From NCBI GenBank assembly GCA_963765495.1, contig CAVXWP010000005.1:1-64000 (forward strand): a stretch of DNA of 64,000 nt. The letters are read 5' to 3'. Numbering within the stretch: the first letter of the stretch is position 1; each line of letters opens with the position of its first letter. Source of the DNA: Blastocatellia bacterium. Its GTDB lineage: Bacteria; Acidobacteriota; Blastocatellia; UBA7656. The position numbers were made by a program, and so were the translations under genes. This document shows positions 61,039-64,000 of this stretch, piece after piece. The notes below the pieces were generated by a model that was given only the letters and a program-made list of their open reading frames with translations, was not told where the DNA came from and did not search any database.

Positions 61039-62719
61039 ATGCGCACAGGAATTAGAGTCCTCTGGTCAGCATCGGTTTTCATATTTCTTGGCGTCTGCTT
61101 CGTAGGGATTGGCCCCGGGTTGGCAGAGACCGATTGCGCAGGTTGCAAAGATAAGCCTGTGATGGCTGACTCGACGGCTGACTTCAGACCCTCGAATGCT
61201 CGAACAGAGAGCGGCGGTCTGATTTCTGTCGAGCAGTTCTTTCCTGCTGCCCGCTGCGCTTCCTGCCACGCAGATACGCATGCCGGATGGAGCCAATCGC
61301 TCCACCGAAATGCCGCCCGCGAACCGTTTTACCGCGAAAGCGCAGACATTCTGCTTCGCACGAAGGGCATTGAATTCACTCGCCACTGCGAATCCTGTCA
61401 TACGCCGGTCGCGCTCTTTTCAGGCGCTCTGGTAAAGAGCAACGAGCAGTCTGAATTCCCTTTCACCAATCTGGATGATGAGGGTATAACCTGCTCGGTT
61501 TGTCATTCGATCACCGAGGCTCGTCTCGACGGCACGGGCAGTTACACAATAGGCCGCCCTTCTCTTCTAGCGCGCGAAGACGGCACACCCGTTTTTGGTG
61601 ATGTCTCCGACCAGCAGATTCTCGCCGATATACCCGGCCACAAACGGGCCGTGATGAGGCCGCTTCTCAAGAAGCCTGAATTTTGCGCTACCTGCCACAA
61701 GGCCAGCAGCCCTTCCGACCTCAACGGATACAAAAATATTCGCGATCTGGCTGACCACGATCAAGGCATACGACAACACGATCCCGCCCGGTCGTTCCGA
61801 TGTAGTGCAATTCCGATTCGTTGTGCCCAAAGAAGCCGACGGTCATCCACCAGATGAGATCACCCTGCGAGCGTCTGTAAATTACAGGCGATTCAATCAT
61901 GAATACAGCGCTTTCGTCTTGACGAAACGCGCGGCAAAACTATCGCTCCCGGTCATCAAGATGGCCGAGGCTCAGGTAAGACTTCTGCCGCCCGGAAAGG
62001 GTCGGCCTGCCCTGGACGGTCGGGGCGCGGGCATGGATTCGGCTCGAAATGCCGGGAGATGGAATGATTACGGCATAGGTCTTCTGGAACAGGCCCAGTA
62101 CGGCGCGGCGGCTCTGGCCTTCGGGCGCGAGAGCGAATTAGCCCCTGCCAACCCTGACGCATTTGTAAATGCAGCCATAGCCGAGATGAACACCGAGAGG
62201 TTCAGCCCCGAGCGTTACCAGTTACGAAAGGCCGCGCATTTGCTCGATTGCGCCCTCGCGATTGATCCCAAGCATGCGCGAGCGCGCTACTTTCAGGCGC
62301 TTGTGTTGCGGGGCGAGGGCAAGACTCAAGAAGCGGCCGAGAGGCTGCGGGAACTCGCGCTCGACTATCCTCGTGACCGGGAAATACAGAGACAGTTGGG
62401 ACAGACATTCTATACGCCTGGTCGCATTGAAGCGGCGCAATCCGCCTTTGAAACCGTGCTCGCGATTGACCCGACCGATGCGGGCGCTTATCAGTTCCTG
62501 GCTCCAATCTATGAGAGCAAAGGACGTAAGGCCGAAGCTGATCGCGCGCGCGCGCTTTACCTCGAATGGCGCGATGATCCTCTGGCCGATTCCGTAGCGG
62601 CGCGTTTTTACGCCGCGCATCCGCAATGGGCCGAAGAACGCATAAAGTTTCACACGCACAATGCCGATTCGCCGCGCCGCAAGATATTGACCGGCCCGAT
62701 GGCTGCGCCTGAAAGGTGA
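61039..62719 (+). pseudogene. Multiheme cytochrome c (c554-like) plus TPR protein, broken at about 61745
   Basis: CASCH, CESCH, CSVCH, CATCH. After KNIR the second frame reads IWLTTIKAYDNTIPPGRSDVVQFRF into the TPR region (RWNDYGIGLL). Confidence 0.75.
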
Positions 62720-62808
62720 TAGATCAAAAGCCGTCATCAGCCGTCGGCTTTCGGGTTTGAATCGGAGCCCGCGGCTTTAAGAGAACGCTCACTGAGAGGC
62801 AAAAGAAA

Positions 62809-64000
62809 GTGAAGAATAGAAAGCTCCACGCTCTGGCAATCTTCCTCGTAATAGCCGTCTGCGCGCTTATGCCACAAGGAGCCGCCGCGCAACAGGGCGG
62901 TACGACGCGCTATGTCTATGATGACAACGGGCGGTTGCGAGCAGTCGTCTCACCTTCGGGCGAAGCTGCGGTTTATGAATATGACGCGGCGGGAAACTTC
63001 ACAACCATCCGGCGGCTCACCACAAACGACCTCGAGTTGCTGGGGTTTTTTCCTAACGAAGGCGGCGCAGGAGACCTTGTGACATTCGTCGGCACGGGGT
63101 TTGGCGCGGGGGTAAGTCAGGTCTCTTTTAACGGCGCAAGCGCGCAAATCATAGAAGTCTCGCCGTCGGCCGTCATTGCAGAAGTTCCCGAAACGGCCAC
63201 GACGGGCCCGGTCACAATCATAACTCAGCTTGGGACATTGATTACGCCTGTGCCTTTCACCGTAGTATCCAAATTGCGCGTCTTGCCTTTGACCGCAACC
63301 CTCGCTCAGGGAGACAGCATTGCCTTTACAGCCGTGGTGGGAACAGGTGGCGACCAGAGTGTCACATGGAGCGTCAACGGAGTAGGGGGAGGCAACAGCA
63401 CGGTCGGTACGGTCTCAACAGGCGGCCTGTATACTGCGCCGACTCTTTCGGGCAACGCGAGCGTCACTTTCGTCGTGCGCGCCACAAGTGTTGCCGATCC
63501 CACATTGTTCGGCGAGGCGCAAGTCAGAGTGATCAACCCCAACAGCCTGGGGTCGCTGTTTGCGCCGTCGGTTTCCGTGACGGTCGGACTTCCTCGCGCC
63601 GTGGCCTCGGCCCGCGCCCCGGTCGTGTCTGTAAGGCGCGGTCTTGTCATAAATGGTCCGAGCGAGATAGCGAGCCCGCTTGTTTCCGTCAGGCGCGGAG
63701 CCGTCATCGACCAGAGCGCAGTCGTCTTCAGCCCGCTTGTTTCCGTCAGGCGGGGGGCCGTCATCAACGGACCCAACATAGCTTCAAGCCCGCTTGTATC
63801 AGTGCGATATGGGTTCGTCATAGCCGCTGATGCGACATTCTTCAGCCCGTTTGTATCCGTGACCACGGGGGCGACTATTTCCGATATTTCGCCCCGCAAC
63901 ATAACAAGGGGGACAAGCGTCACCCTGACCGTCACAGGAGAAAATCTGAGCGATATAACCGACCTCAAATTCTTGAACGCGAGCGGGGTGGTCGATGCAG
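62809..64000 (+). CDS. Secreted YD-repeat, IPT/TIG and Ig-like protein, 3'-partial (absent from the ORF track)
   Basis: GTG start, signal peptide (AAA-Q), YVYDDNGRL, YEYDAAGN, VTFVGTGF, VTWSVNG..GG; open to the window end. Confidence 0.85.
   Translation, partial: MKNRKLHALAIFLVIAVCALMPQGAAAQQGGTTRYVYDDNGRLRAVVSPSGEAAVYEYDAAGNFTTIRRLTTNDLELLGFFPNEGGAGDLVTFVGTGFGAGVSQVSFNGASAQIIEVSPSAVIAEVPETATTGPVTIITQLGTLITPVPFTVVSKLRVLPLTATLAQGDSIAFTAVVGTGGDQSVTWSVNGVGGGNSTVGTVSTGGLYTAPTLSGNASVTFVVRATSVADPTLFGEAQVRVINPNSLGSLFAPSVSVTVGLPRAVASARAPVVSVRRGLVINGPSEIASPLVSVRRGAVIDQSAVVFSPLVSVRRGAVINGPNIASSPLVSVRYGFVIAADATFFSPFVSVTTGATISDISPRNITRGTSVTLTVTGENLSDITDLKFLNASGVVDA
63562..63870 (+). repeat. 57-bp (19-aa) coding repeats, SPLVSVRRG type
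   Basis: APSVSVTVG, APVVSVRRG, SPLVSVRRG x2, SPLVSVRYG, SPFVSVTTG. Confidence 0.85.

Overview
64 kb of bacterial chromosome, probably Acidobacteriota (Blastocatellia-like, inferred from gene content only). Bases 1-7190 are the right arm of a lower-GC integrative element inserted at tRNA-Arg(ACG). It carries a tyrosine integrase, excisionase, zinc-finger protein and RepB-type primase, and most of its genes have frameshifts. A second att remnant lies at tRNA-Arg(UCG) (16.6-17.7 kb). The rest is mostly housekeeping and envelope genes: nth, dusB, def, a pilT-like ATPase, lpxA, lepB, carA, an opp operon, an M28 peptidase, a TonB-dependent receptor with a RAPP leader, a peptidoglycan-recycling operon and an M36 protease. 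The best candidate for an undescribed system is a putative sigma54-driven operon (22.3-27.4 kb): a secreted subtilase with ten G-[MS]-[LV]-[ILF]-S-[DN] hexapeptide repeats, a GNAT and a multi-TM HD-GYP-GAF sensor, which could be a peptide signal/c-di-GMP circuit. Also notable: palindromic 7-9-mer repeat elements (one in frame inside a gene), a secreted kinase-like/phosphatase pair, and an SBP-vWA module with no transporter. All family assignments are from motif recognition by eye; no database search was run.
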